Origin: a virus
IMG/VR virus record: IMGVR_UViG_3300042731_004976
Span: 103,993 to 167,992 of that record
Strand: one strand, 5' to 3'
Length of the DNA: 64,000 bases
Shown here: positions 30,470 through 40,388 of the stretch, in pieces
Layout: every line of letters begins with the position of its first letter
Numbering within the stretch: the stretch's first letter is position 1
The notes under the pieces: model-generated
What the model saw: only the letters and a program-made list of their open reading frames with translations
The model's database searches: none
What the model was told of the DNA's origin: nothing
Made by a program: the position numbers and the translations under genes

Positions 30470-30775
30470 CTACTTGCGGCCCTTGTAGCCGGCCTTCTTC
30501 GCCTGTTTGAAGGCTTGGTCAATTGCCTTGTTCTCTGCGTCAGGTCCCTTCCAAACCCGAGCGGTGTCCAGGGCCATGTTTGCGTCCGTATCCCACAGCG
30601 TGACGGAGACTCCGTTCGTGATGCGGGCGACCTTCACTGCCGTTCCGTCCTCCGGGATCTCGTAGACCTTGATGACCTCGGTTTTCGTCTCGGACATCGG
30701 AGGCATGTGTCTCAGCGCACCCGCCCCCGCTAGCAGAGTTTTCGCATCCAGCTCCAGCCCTTCGACGATCTTCAT
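30470..30775 (-). CDS. MKIxE-leader protein 3
   Basis: MKIVEGLELDAKTLLAGAGALRHMPPMSE; upstream TGGTAGATT. Confidence 0.75.
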   Translation of the reverse strand: MKIVEGLELDAKTLLAGAGALRHMPPMSETKTEVIKVYEIPEDGTAVKVARITNGVSVTLWDTDANMALDTARVWKGPDAENKAIDQAFKQAKKAGYKGRK

Positions 30776-31138
30776 GGGTCTGAGAAATCTACCACCTCTC
30801 GCTTATCAAAAGCAGCCCCCGCGGAGTTCTTTCTTCTGAAGAGGTCGCAACGCCCTGGGTCTAGGCCCTGAGACGCTTCGCACATGAGGCAAGGGGCTTT
30901 CCGTGCGACCCCGCAAAAGGAGCTGAGAACACCCATGCTGAAGCTGACAGGACGCCTTCTGGGCGAGTGGATGGATCGCCACCCCGATAACAGAGAGGAC
31001 TGGCGGCCCTGGGCCTTTCCCCGGAGGCTTCAGCCTCCGAGACAGACCCGGGACGCGGTCGAGCTGCGTTACATTCGCAAGCTAGATCGTGGTCATGAAG
31101 CTCTTGACCATCACGGGGCTTGATGATACAAGGGTAGG

Positions 31139-31397
31139 TGCAAGTCCCGACAACGGGCGAAAAACGGACCTCTCGTGTGGGGTCTACCTACTGAATGCAA
31201 ACCCAACTGTTGAGACGAACTAGAACGACACAGCGACATCGTCGTCGAAGGAGCGTCCCATGACGTAGCTACGTTGCCACTTCGTGGGCCCCTGAGAGGG
31301 GCCAAACAAATGTGAAAAGATCCCTCTGAGGATCACAAGTGAGGCCCCTTGTGCGGGGTACAGGAGCGGCAGGCAAGGAGCCTGCCGCTTCGCTTTT
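31139..31397 (+). ncRNA. candidate structured ncRNA
   Basis: TTGACC-N17-TACAAG promoter at 31104-31132, several hairpins, terminator at 31364-31397, no sizeable sense ORF. Confidence 0.5.
31364..31397 (+). terminator. intrinsic terminator
   Basis: GAGCGGCAGGC-AAGGA-GCCTGCCGCTT followed by CGCTTTT. Confidence 0.65.
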
Positions 31398-31970
31398 GTG
31401 GTAACGTGCGTGTCATGTCCTACGTTCAGAAGCTGTGCGAGTGGTTCCGAGATCAAGACGACATCAAGTCGATCCAGATCACGGAGGACGTCGAGAACTT
31501 CACAGTGGACGATAGGGGCATGCCCGTGATCAAGTCGGCGTACCCGTTGAGCGAAGCTCAAGCGGAGGCGTTGTACAAGGTGGTGACCGGAATCATTCCT
31601 TCCGAGGACATCACCAATCAGGTACTGTAGAGCTACGCTTGGTTCATGGGCGTGGCGGTCCAGAGAGCCTGCTCTCCGTCCGCAGCTTGCACGTAGAACC
31701 ACACGGCGTAGCCGTTGACCACGTGAGCGTGTTCTTTAGCTTCGATCGTTAGAGCGCTGCGCATCCCAACTGAGAGTGGGATGCTCTTGGTCTTCAGGAG
31801 ATCTTGTCGGGACATCGTTCGAACGATGGTTCCTGTGACAGCGTCTTCCAGAACAACGCATACGAGGTCCGTAGTGCCGTTCTTGCGAGCTTCGTTGATG
31901 GCGTAGTTGATGACCTCCAACGCGCTTTGGAACACGCGCTGGACGCTGGGGTGGGGTTCTTGACCTACGA

Positions 31971-32435
31971 TCATGGTGGTCCCCAGACTCCCTCGACAGG
32001 GGTGACTCGGGCAAGCACTTCATTGATCTCGCTCTCGACCGCATCGAGGGACTTCGTGTGGTCCTCGGGATAGTACGAGACGTAGAGCCGACCAGCGTTC
32101 CGCCAGAACTTCCCACCGAAGCCGAAGACGCCGCAGAACCGAAACTCGGTGGCCGAGTGCTCCTTCTCCAGGAAGGAGTGGATGAAGTACTTGCGGGCGC
32201 CCTCACCGTCGTAGGCGCTGGCGAACAAGACGAGGATGCTCCAACACGCGCTGTAGAGAGAAGCATCGTGCGGGTAGGGTTCGGGACGTAGGTCGCTGAG
32301 GTGCTTCTCACGCACCGAAGCCGAGCGCTCGAAGAAGAGGTCGGTGTCCATGCGCGCTCGCTTGAGACTCTTGAAGACCTTGACCCAGGAGGCGTACAGC
32401 TCGGGGGGCAGTCCCGGGATCTCAGGAATCGCCAT
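31971..32435 (-). CDS. conserved phage hypothetical protein
   Basis: EFRFCGVFGFGGKFWRN...VSYYPED. Confidence 0.6.
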   Translation of the reverse strand: MAIPEIPGLPPELYASWVKVFKSLKRARMDTDLFFERSASVREKHLSDLRPEPYPHDASLYSACWSILVLFASAYDGEGARKYFIHSFLEKEHSATEFRFCGVFGFGGKFWRNAGRLYVSYYPEDHTKSLDAVESEINEVLARVTPVEGVWGPP

Positions 32436-32649
32436 CGGTCAGCATCTCCCGAGGACCGACTTTGAAGGGAATCACGCCGCGCTTCCACCGGATGTCGCAG
32501 TCTTCGCATGTGAATACGAGCTTGGTAAGATCTTCGGAGAATTCGTTCCCTCCGTCGACCCCTATCTCCTCGCCACATTGCGGGCATTCGTCCGAGTAGT
32601 AGAGGCTACGGAGATGGGCGCAGACGCGAACTTCTTCCGGCATGCCGCG

Positions 32650-32678
32650 ACTTTACTAGGTGATAACTGCGTTGTCAA
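32650..32678 (-). promoter_or_regulatory. sigma70-type promoter, leaderless
   Basis: TTGACA-N17-TAAAGT-N6-ATG(32643). Confidence 0.75.
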
Positions 32679-33125
32679 TTGAGTCCAAGGCTGCTACCTT
32701 GGGCGGCTCATGGACGAACCCCTCCCGCAAGTCGGTCGGTGCGAAGCCATCGATCTCGTTCCTACAGAGGATGATGCCAAGGCCGTACGTTGCGTGAACA
32801 GCGGCGTCCGCGTATTCGAGCGTGACGAGTTCGGGCGGGGACGTACACGCATCGCTTGTGCCTACCACCGCTCTTTGATCGACACGCAGCTATCCTGAGG
32901 AGAAGCTCTATTCATGAAGACTGTACATACGATCGATGCTGGTCGTCTTCTTGTGATTCTTCGATCCGATGGGCAAGTGTACGTGGCAGACAAGTCTGAC
33001 GTGGACACGTCATCGTTTGGATCCTTCGCGGAGAAGGCGAAGCCTGTAGCAAGCTCGGCTCCCGGTTGTGATGGCCTGGCCGACGCGCTGCACGAGATGG
33101 CGACCTTCATTCGGGAGCACAAGTC

Positions 33126-34340
33126 ATGATGGAGTTCCTCAGATCTATCCTGGAGAACCAGATCTTCAGCGGAATCATGGGCGGCTCCGTAGTCGTCTCG
33201 ATTCTCTACTGGTTTCGAGAAGTACCCGTGCGGCTCTACCGCCTCTTGTCCTGGCATCTCACTACGGAGCTGACGGTCTTCAGCGAGGACGTATCGTTCG
33301 AAGCGCTGGACTCTTGGCTGGCTCAGCGCGATGCTGCGAAGCGCGCCAGGACGTTACGTCTCATTTCCAAGTGGGACGATAACAACAGACGGGATCAGTT
33401 CCAGGTGACCTTTGGTCTTGGTGCGCATTGGCTTTGGTACAAGGCGCGGCCTGTACTCATCGAGCGCGAGCTAGCGAACAAGGACAACCCGCCCGTGGGA
33501 GCAGGCCGTCGACAAGAGACGCTCAAGGTGAAAACCATAGGCCGATCGCATAAGTTGATCTTCGACCTCATCGAAGAGGTGGTTGCGCACCATTACGGCG
33601 ACCTATCCAACTTCATCACGGTGTACCTCTACAGAGGCTATTGGCGGCAGGTTGCGCGCAAGGACAAGAGGAGCCTCAACACGATCGCGATGTCCGAGAC
33701 GCAGAAGGCGGAACTCGTCCAGGACATAGAACGGTTCCTCGAAGCTCGGGCGTGGTATACCGAGCACGGGGTTCCGTACCGTCGAGGATACCTGCTCTAC
33801 GGACCTCCGGGATGCGGCAAGACAAGTCTCGTGTTCGCCCTCGCTTCCTATCTTTCGAAGCGCATCTACGTCTTGAACATGGGTAGCATCAGCGACGACG
33901 ACGGTCTCATCGACGCGATGACCTCGGTCCCGGAGGATGCGATCCTTCTCATCGAGGACATAGACGCCGCGCAGAAGGATCGAGCCACGCAGGTAGTACA
34001 GGAAGAACCTCCTTCCGCTATCGGCGGTTCGGAGAACAAGAAAAAGGTCGAGGCGAAGAAGCTCACCATGAGTGGGCTGCTTAATGCGATCGACGGTGTG
34101 TTCAGTGCGGAGGGGCGTATCCTTGTGATGACGACGAACTACGAGGATCGCATCGACAAGGCGCTCTTGCGCCCTGGTCGGGCCGATGTTCGGGTTCCAG
34201 TGATGGAGATCGAAGAGGAAGAAGCGCTTGCCATGTGTCAGCGATTCGGGGTCGAGGAGATTCCGAAGAACATCGCTCCCGATATTCCCGTGCCCGCTGC
34301 GCAGCTACAAGAAGAGCTGCTTCGGCGTAGAGTTGCTTGA
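33126..34340 (+). CDS. BCS1-like AAA+ ATPase with N-terminal membrane anchor
   Basis: GVPYRRGYLLYGPPGCGKTS, LLIEDID, SGLLNAIDG, MTTN, ALLRPGR. Confidence 0.9.
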   Translation: MMEFLRSILENQIFSGIMGGSVVVSILYWFREVPVRLYRLLSWHLTTELTVFSEDVSFEALDSWLAQRDAAKRARTLRLISKWDDNNRRDQFQVTFGLGAHWLWYKARPVLIERELANKDNPPVGAGRRQETLKVKTIGRSHKLIFDLIEEVVAHHYGDLSNFITVYLYRGYWRQVARKDKRSLNTIAMSETQKAELVQDIERFLEARAWYTEHGVPYRRGYLLYGPPGCGKTSLVFALASYLSKRIYVLNMGSISDDDGLIDAMTSVPEDAILLIEDIDAAQKDRATQVVQEEPPSAIGGSENKKKVEAKKLTMSGLLNAIDGVFSAEGRILVMTTNYEDRIDKALLRPGRADVRVPVMEIEEEEALAMCQRFGVEEIPKNIAPDIPVPAAQLQEELLRRRVA

Positions 34341-35271
34341 TGATGAAGCCGAGTGATATCCCTACGCCGCGGCTTCCTCTGGACAAGGAAGCCTTCGCGC
34401 TGTTCGAAGCGTCTGCGGTCTCCTCCAGGTTGCACAAGGCTGTTCTCAACATCGCGTTGGAAGACGCACGACGCAAACCCGGGGATTCCTATCACAAGCA
34501 GGCTCTGGACTGGGCGCTGTGGCTATCTCGTCTTGCCGAGGACATCGACAAGCGGATCGAAGCCGCACGTAGCGCCGGTCCTGGAGGCCCACCCCGATGA
34601 AGCGGTACAAGTCGAAAACGGATGGCAAGGAGCACCGGGTTGACGAGAAGATCAAGACTACCTGTCCGTGCGGCGGGAAGGTGAGCATTGGGTACGACGG
34701 CGAGGGAAGAGGTGTAGTCATGCATGCGATGCCCATGTGCGAGGACTTCGAGAAGAAGGACCCCATGGATTACATGACCTGGCTTCGACGCAAGACCGTA
34801 GGCTATTTCCCGGGGGAGGACTCTTGATTGTCATCCGCAACCTGATGGCGGATCCCGATCGCTTCGGAGCAGAGCGTGTGACGCTGATACGTCCGGAACA
34901 CTGGTGGGAGTGGTTCTGCCTTCCTTTCGTCGGCGACCAGTGGCACGAGACGTACCTGTCCTCGTATCGTCTGTGGCGTCTCAAGAGGCAGAAGTGAAGC
35001 GCCGCCGCTACTTGCTGCCATATATTCGACGACGGAGTCCGAAGGACAAGTCCGAGTCGTTGAAGGTTGCTTACCGCATGGCGTACCTAGGAGAGAACTG
35101 TGTCGTCTTGGTACAGCGGGGGTACCCGCACCTGGTGATGTGGGCAGACAGGACGAAGCGAGATCTACTTCGGAGCATCGTACATGTTCGTCGACCGAAC
35201 GCTCGTAGCTTCCGGCAGTGGGCCAACCGTTTCGCTCGTCATGCCAGATCCGTTACGTTTGGTGGAGTTGA

Positions 35272-37074
35272 ATGATTACGATCGACGGCAAAGGTACGAA
35301 GGACATCGACGACGCGATCTGGGTGGAGCGCTCCCCTTCAGGGTGGGTCGTGTCCGTTGCCATCGCCGATGTGTCGAAGGACATCAAGAAGGGTTCGACG
35401 TTGGACAAGCGTGCCGAGGAAGTCGTGGCTACGCGCTACTTCGCAACGGGCAACAGTCCGATGTTCCCTCGGCGCTTGTCGGAGCAGAAGCTATCGCTCT
35501 GGCCTGGTGAGCCGAAGGACGTTGTCATCATCAAGATCGAGTTGGACTCCTATCTGCACGTCAAGGAGGTTTCGCTGAGCGACCTGAAGCCCCTCGTGAG
35601 CCAGGCGAAGCTCTCGTACGAGGAGATCCCAATCATCCTCCAGGAGGACTACAACACCGCGACAAGCGTGTTGATCGCGAACGCTGTCTTGAATGCTAGA
35701 GACCTTTCTCTCCAACTCATGCAGAGGCGGAGGAGCAACGGAGCCTTCGTTGTCTACGACTTGAACAATGGGTGGGTTACCACGGAAGAGGGGTTCATCA
35801 AGAGGATCGAGAAGAAGGAAGAGGTTGTCGGTCAGATCATCATCCAGGAGCTGATGATCTTGGCCAACACCGAGGTTGCCAAGCTGGCGGTTGAGCATGA
35901 CGTACCCGTCGTCTTTCGAAACCACGAAGCTCGGATAGCAGCTCCGGATCGTGAGGAACTGATGGAGCAGATCCAGAACGCGCACGCGATCCCCTTGGAG
36001 AACCTCGACACGCTTCGGCAACGTACGCACATGCTACTCGGTCGTGCCGACTACGGTGCCTCTCTCCGGGGGCACTACGGATTGAACCTTCCGGCCTACC
36101 TCCACTTCACCTCGCCCATTCGACGGTTCGTGGATCTGGTGAACCATCGGCAGCTCAAGGCTCACCTCCGAGGCGATCGATTCCCGTACACGAAGGACGA
36201 CATCCGAGATATCTGCAAGCACGTCAATGAGGTGGAGGAAGCCGAGAGGCAATCGACTCGCGAGCACTTCAAGGGGGAGCACGAGAAGCGGGTGGAGTCG
36301 CAGGCCGTGTCCGTTCGTCGCATCGAAGGGTTCAACGCCAAGGACTTCGAGCGGCTCACCAAGGTGCAGGTCCGCTCCGGAGAGGACCCCTCTCCAGAGT
36401 ACGTTGCGGGTTATCAGCGCCGGCTCAAGGAGGGGCGGGTTCCTCTCTTGTGCCAGGTCGTAGTGCTGGCCGAGGCGCCTCAGACAGAGGCGTGGACGGA
36501 CCTGAAGGAGCAGACGCTCCAGGCCATGGAAAAGACCCCTCAGGATGCCGTCAGCGCCCTTCTACAGGCTTCCCAGGGCATGGGGTGGCCCGAGGTCTCC
36601 TATCAGCTCGCGGGCCGCTCAGGACCCAGCCACGCGCCGTCGTTTACCGTTTATGCCTACCGGAAAGGTCTAGGGCGTTTTCCGGGGGTTGCGTCCAGTC
36701 GGAAGGTGGCTCAGCAGCTTGCAGCTTTGGCTTTGCTGCGGGCGGCCTCGCTAGGGCTCCAGGCGCCCGAGGACGGGGGTTTGCCGCCTCCTGAGGCCGA
36801 GCCCTTGGAGCCTGCCAAGAAGGTCTCTCAGGACCCCTTGACGGAGCCAGGGAAGAATCCGGTGGCGGCTCTCCAGGAGCACTCCCAAAAGACCGGAGGG
36901 ACTCCGCCTCTCTACGACTTTGAGCAGGTGGGGCCGGACCACGTTCCGAAGATCACGTGTACTGTCACATATGGCAAACGCACGGTTGAGGCTACGGCGG
37001 GGTCGAAGAAAGAAGCAAAGCGGCAGGCTTCGGCGCTGATGGTGGAGCAGTTACGGGTTGCGGAAGCGTCGTGA
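35272..37074 (+). CDS. RNase II/R catalytic (RNB) domain fused to two dsRNA-binding domains
   Basis: ITIDGKGTKDIDDAI, ELMILAN, HFTSPIRRFVDL; two dsRBDs (GPSHAPSF...SRKVAQQLAA; NPVAALQE...GPDHVP...SKKEAKRQAS). Confidence 0.9.
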   Translation: MITIDGKGTKDIDDAIWVERSPSGWVVSVAIADVSKDIKKGSTLDKRAEEVVATRYFATGNSPMFPRRLSEQKLSLWPGEPKDVVIIKIELDSYLHVKEVSLSDLKPLVSQAKLSYEEIPIILQEDYNTATSVLIANAVLNARDLSLQLMQRRRSNGAFVVYDLNNGWVTTEEGFIKRIEKKEEVVGQIIIQELMILANTEVAKLAVEHDVPVVFRNHEARIAAPDREELMEQIQNAHAIPLENLDTLRQRTHMLLGRADYGASLRGHYGLNLPAYLHFTSPIRRFVDLVNHRQLKAHLRGDRFPYTKDDIRDICKHVNEVEEAERQSTREHFKGEHEKRVESQAVSVRRIEGFNAKDFERLTKVQVRSGEDPSPEYVAGYQRRLKEGRVPLLCQVVVLAEAPQTEAWTDLKEQTLQAMEKTPQDAVSALLQASQGMGWPEVSYQLAGRSGPSHAPSFTVYAYRKGLGRFPGVASSRKVAQQLAALALLRAASLGLQAPEDGGLPPPEAEPLEPAKKVSQDPLTEPGKNPVAALQEHSQKTGGTPPLYDFEQVGPDHVPKITCTVTYGKRTVEATAGSKKEAKRQASALMVEQLRVAEAS

Positions 37075-37097
37075 TATCTTTCGGGAGGAGGCTGAGC

Positions 37098-37814
37098 ATG
37101 GATCGTCGATCGTTTCTATTGGGTGCGGTATCGATTCCCGTTGCAGGATCAGCGGGAGCGAAGGCCGAGCGCACGGGGGGTGCTGGGAGTTTTCCGGTAC
37201 TGCGTGACTCGAAGCCGCAGAGTATCGTTTATATCAAACCTCTCGATGTGCTTCGTGTTATTCACGAGGACTGTTCGTGGCGAGAGGATTGCGTAGACGG
37301 ACGTATATCGCTTCTGTGGCACCCGTACGAAGAGAGGCTCGTTGGATTCCAGTTGCGAGATGCGCACGGGCTTTGTGAAAAACTCCTGTACTCGCCTCTG
37401 GGGACTCGCCTCTACAGCTTGCTCCTCGTTGCGATGAACGCTTTGGATGGTGAGGGAGACGAACGTCTGTTGCCGTATATGCGTGCCTTGGTCCTCTTTG
37501 GTGTCGCTGAGATTCCTGAGGATGTGCTCTTCCACATGAGCAGCTTGGATCAAGACCTGCCTATCGTCGTTCTAGATCATGACGGTCCCGTGCCTGTTCA
37601 GCAGCTTCGGGAGAAGGCGGCCAAGATCCTAATGGGTCGCTGTCTTTGTGGCGCGCGCTTTTTCTCGAAGCCTCTGGATCCGGAGGAGGGTGCCCCCAAG
37701 TGCCCAACGCACAGCTACGGCGGCGAGTGGAAGATCTACGTGCAAAAGACAGGACACGATTGGGTGACCAACGGCAAGGTGCCGTACCCGGACAGCGTGT
37801 TGCTCCTTGGTTGA
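37098..37814 (+). CDS. hypothetical protein with Tat-like signal
   Basis: MDRRSFLLGAVSIPVAGSAGAKA; SD GGAGG. Confidence 0.55.
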   Translation: MDRRSFLLGAVSIPVAGSAGAKAERTGGAGSFPVLRDSKPQSIVYIKPLDVLRVIHEDCSWREDCVDGRISLLWHPYEERLVGFQLRDAHGLCEKLLYSPLGTRLYSLLLVAMNALDGEGDERLLPYMRALVLFGVAEIPEDVLFHMSSLDQDLPIVVLDHDGPVPVQQLREKAAKILMGRCLCGARFFSKPLDPEEGAPKCPTHSYGGEWKIYVQKTGHDWVTNGKVPYPDSVLLLG

Positions 37815-37838
37815 GTATTCACCTGATGATGAACTTCC

Positions 37839-38357
37839 TCACTGAGTGAGGAGTTCGACGACGAGTTCCGCGTAGCGGGTCGTGAGACCTCGCTTGTGGT
37901 TCACTCTTACTAAGCGATCCATGAGGTGGGCCATGTCGGAGTCGTCGTCGAGGATCGCGAAGCTCTCGATCTCCATCCCCTTCTCGCGAGCTTGATTCAG
38001 CCAGGCTTGGATGTCGTTGCCTCGCAAGTGAGCCCGCTTTTCCTGAGGAGTCCAGTTGTCCCAGTCCCGTACCTCGGGCGTGAGCGGAGCGCTCGTCGGG
38101 GTGATGCCGAGTACCACGTTTGGGTAGCAGAAGCCCGCATCCCAGAGGTCGGCTACCAGCTTCTCGGCGCTGTTGATGATGCGCTTCGAGGAGGTGATGA
38201 CGATGCGAGCATCGGTCTTCTCGATGATCCAGTTCAGCACTCGTACGGCTGCTGGGTCCAGAGGCGTGATGCTGTAGGTACGGCCGGCAGCCGCTTCGCT
38301 TCTAGTGAACTGGAGGCTGTTGAGCACGCCGTCGAAGTCGAGAAAGAGGATCCTCAC
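37839..38357 (-). CDS. HAD-superfamily phosphatase (Swiss-army-knife RNA repair type)
   Basis: LFLDFDGVLNS, IVITSS, RG..I..WL, FAILDDDSD. Confidence 0.85.
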   Translation of the reverse strand: MRILFLDFDGVLNSLQFTRSEAAAGRTYSITPLDPAAVRVLNWIIEKTDARIVITSSKRIINSAEKLVADLWDAGFCYPNVVLGITPTSAPLTPEVRDWDNWTPQEKRAHLRGNDIQAWLNQAREKGMEIESFAILDDDSDMAHLMDRLVRVNHKRGLTTRYAELVVELLTQ

Positions 38358-38413
38358 GATGCGCAACCCTACCCCATGGGCATCGGATTGTCTAGCTGTG
38401 CTACGCTTGAGGC

Positions 38414-38617
38414 ATGAAGCGCCGGAAGAAGGGAGGAGCACCGCGTAAAGCGCCTGGTGGACTCACCAAGGTGCTTTTCCTTCGAGTAGACCGGGCCCTT
38501 CACAATCGAATCGAGCAGGAGCGCGCGCGCAAGAGCGAGTTGCTGGGGGTGACCCTGTCTCAAGCAGACCTGGTTCGTATGCTTCTGGTAGAAGGTCTCG
38601 ACAGAGCCGGGTTCTAG
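38414..38617 (+). CDS. ribbon-helix-helix DNA-binding protein
   Basis: VLFLRVD strand, then helix, then SQADLVRMLL. Confidence 0.6.
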   Translation: MKRRKKGGAPRKAPGGLTKVLFLRVDRALHNRIEQERARKSELLGVTLSQADLVRMLLVEGLDRAGF

Positions 38618-39024
38618 CTTGATGTGCTGGAATTGATCCAGTTCGGGTTTCGTACGCGGCTTGCAACTAGCGTGAACTCGTCTCGTGCGAGGTGGGAAGC
38701 GTCGCCTGCGTAGCTCTTACGGGCAGAGGCGAGGAGAAGGGCGGCCACTTGAAGTTCTAGCTCCTTCTGTTCCAGTTGCTCCTTGAGCTTCGTGACGTCG
38801 TTCGCCTCGGAGTCCGTAGCGCTCAAGATCTCGACTCGGCGCCCGTTTCCCTTCGGCAGGGCCATGTCCTGACACATCCGTGCGTGATGCTTGTCGTCGA
38901 CCCGCACTGCATCGTACCCAGATCCTTGAAGCCACTTTTGTAGGAGGTAGGCAATAGTCGACTTTCCAGACGCCACGGCTCCGGTGATTTCAATGTGGAC
39001 AACAGGATTCTCGGGGATGTGCAT
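38614..39024 (-). CDS. P-loop containing protein
   Basis: ITGAVASGKST; promoter TTGACA-N17-TAGCAT-N6-ATG. Confidence 0.55.
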   Translation of the reverse strand: MHIPENPVVHIEITGAVASGKSTIAYLLQKWLQGSGYDAVRVDDKHHARMCQDMALPKGNGRRVEILSATDSEANDVTKLKEQLEQKELELQVAALLLASARKSYAGDASHLARDEFTLVASRVRNPNWINSSTSS

Positions 39025-39149
39025 ATCTCGATGCTATGCCATAGGCTGGGTATTGTCAAAAGTCGGGTCTTCCCCGTTCTCTTCTTCAGCCGTGTGTTTC
39101 AGCGTATCGGCAGCTGACCATGGTGTCTATGCATGATAGAGTCCGTCGG

Positions 39150-39860
39150 ATGGACAGACGATCGGTACTCAAGTTCTTGACGACTCTTCCTGTTATCGGA
39201 GGCTTCGTAGCTAAGGTTACCTCAGCGAAAGCCGGTTCCTTCACCCGCCCCAACGGTCCTGCTGATCCCGCTCCGGTTCTGTGGGACGACGTTGCGCAGC
39301 GTCCGGCATACAGCGAGATCAAGAAGCATGGAGATGTGATCCACACCATGCATTTCGCCGGGGACAGCTTGGTAGAGGATCGTGCGGCTGTGCTCATGAA
39401 CAACTACCGACTCCTTCACGACCTTCGGGGTTGGCCGCAGAAGGCTGAGACGGACAACTTCGTTGGGCGGGTGACGGAAGTGTTGAGTAAGCACCTGGAG
39501 GACTGGTCCTTGTCCGCTCCTTTCGCACCTGGCGCCCCTACTCCGGAGACGGTGTTCACTGTGCTCACGAATCCAGAAGTGAGTGCGATTCGCAACTTCC
39601 CGCCAATCGTTTGGTCTTCGGAAGCTATGGGGGACATCCAGACGCTTCACGGTCTGGATCCGATGGAGACCTTGGCTTCGTCGATCGGTCAGGATCTTGC
39701 GCTCAAGATCCAGATGGAGGTGCGCAAGTACCTCAAGGAAGGCACACCGCTCAAGGAGTACGCCTTGGCTTGTGCGCCCCTACTCGGTCCTCCCATCATG
39801 AAGCCCGAGGATTTCTCGGTGCGCAGGGACCTCAAGCTCAAGTACCTACGGATCCCTTGA
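39150..39860 (+). CDS. truncated gp23-like capsid paralogue with Tat-like N-terminus
   Basis: MDRRSVLKFL; WSSEAMGDIQTLHGLDPMETLASSIGQDLALKIQMEV vs gp23 YSIELAQDLRAVHGMDADAELSGILATEIMLEINREV. Confidence 0.6.
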   Translation: MDRRSVLKFLTTLPVIGGFVAKVTSAKAGSFTRPNGPADPAPVLWDDVAQRPAYSEIKKHGDVIHTMHFAGDSLVEDRAAVLMNNYRLLHDLRGWPQKAETDNFVGRVTEVLSKHLEDWSLSAPFAPGAPTPETVFTVLTNPEVSAIRNFPPIVWSSEAMGDIQTLHGLDPMETLASSIGQDLALKIQMEVRKYLKEGTPLKEYALACAPLLGPPIMKPEDFSVRRDLKLKYLRIP

Positions 39861-39879
39861 AACCTGCTACACTGCCCTC

Positions 39880-40130
39880 GTAGGTCGCGTGTCGATATCC
39901 CCTCCCTCCTCAAAGGCAAGGCGCGCTTCCGAAAATCCAGGCCCTCGATAGTTCCGCACCTCCGAAGGGATTCATTGGTCACGGTGGCTGTCGAGGGCGT
40001 GGTGTACCCCCGGCAGAATTCTTCCGGTTCCTAGGAGGTCCCAACGCTTCTAGGTTGGAGCTGCGTCAGACCTCGGAGGCTTTGCTGCCTTGTGAGTTCT
40101 TGGAGTTGACAGTGGAAGCGCCGACGCCTG
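39880..40130 (+). ncRNA. candidate structured ncRNA
   Basis: Intergenic region with nested stems (39923-39930/40114-40121, 39941-39951/39988-39998) after TGCTACACT. Confidence 0.4.
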
Positions 40131-40368
40131 GAGCGGGTTTGCTCACGAGGATCCTTTCTCCTTCGAGATCTGACGTCTTCTTTCGTTCTCTGCTGCTGCT
40201 AGATGCATAGATCCGCCTTCACGCCATTCTTTGATGATCGGGCACCAGTATTCCACTCGGCTGTACTCCCACAGGCGCATCTTGGCGGGGCCTCCTCCCC
40301 ACGGAACCATCCCTTCCCAGATGACCTTCAAGCCTGCGTACCTCCGTGTACTTTCCTACGGAGGGTGT

Positions 40369-40388
40369 ATACGTCCATATGGACGCAT
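40369..40388. repeat. dispersed palindrome, copy 2
   Basis: ATACGTCCATATGGACGCAT. Confidence 0.85.

Noticed and set aside
31115-31225. tmRNA-like hints (GGGGCT start, GGTGCAAGTCC T-loop-like motif, GCA AAC ... tag-like frame ANPTVETN)
   Set aside because: No acceptor stem ending in CCA and the tag lacks a hydrophobic/Ala-Ala end; kept only as an unclassified ncRNA
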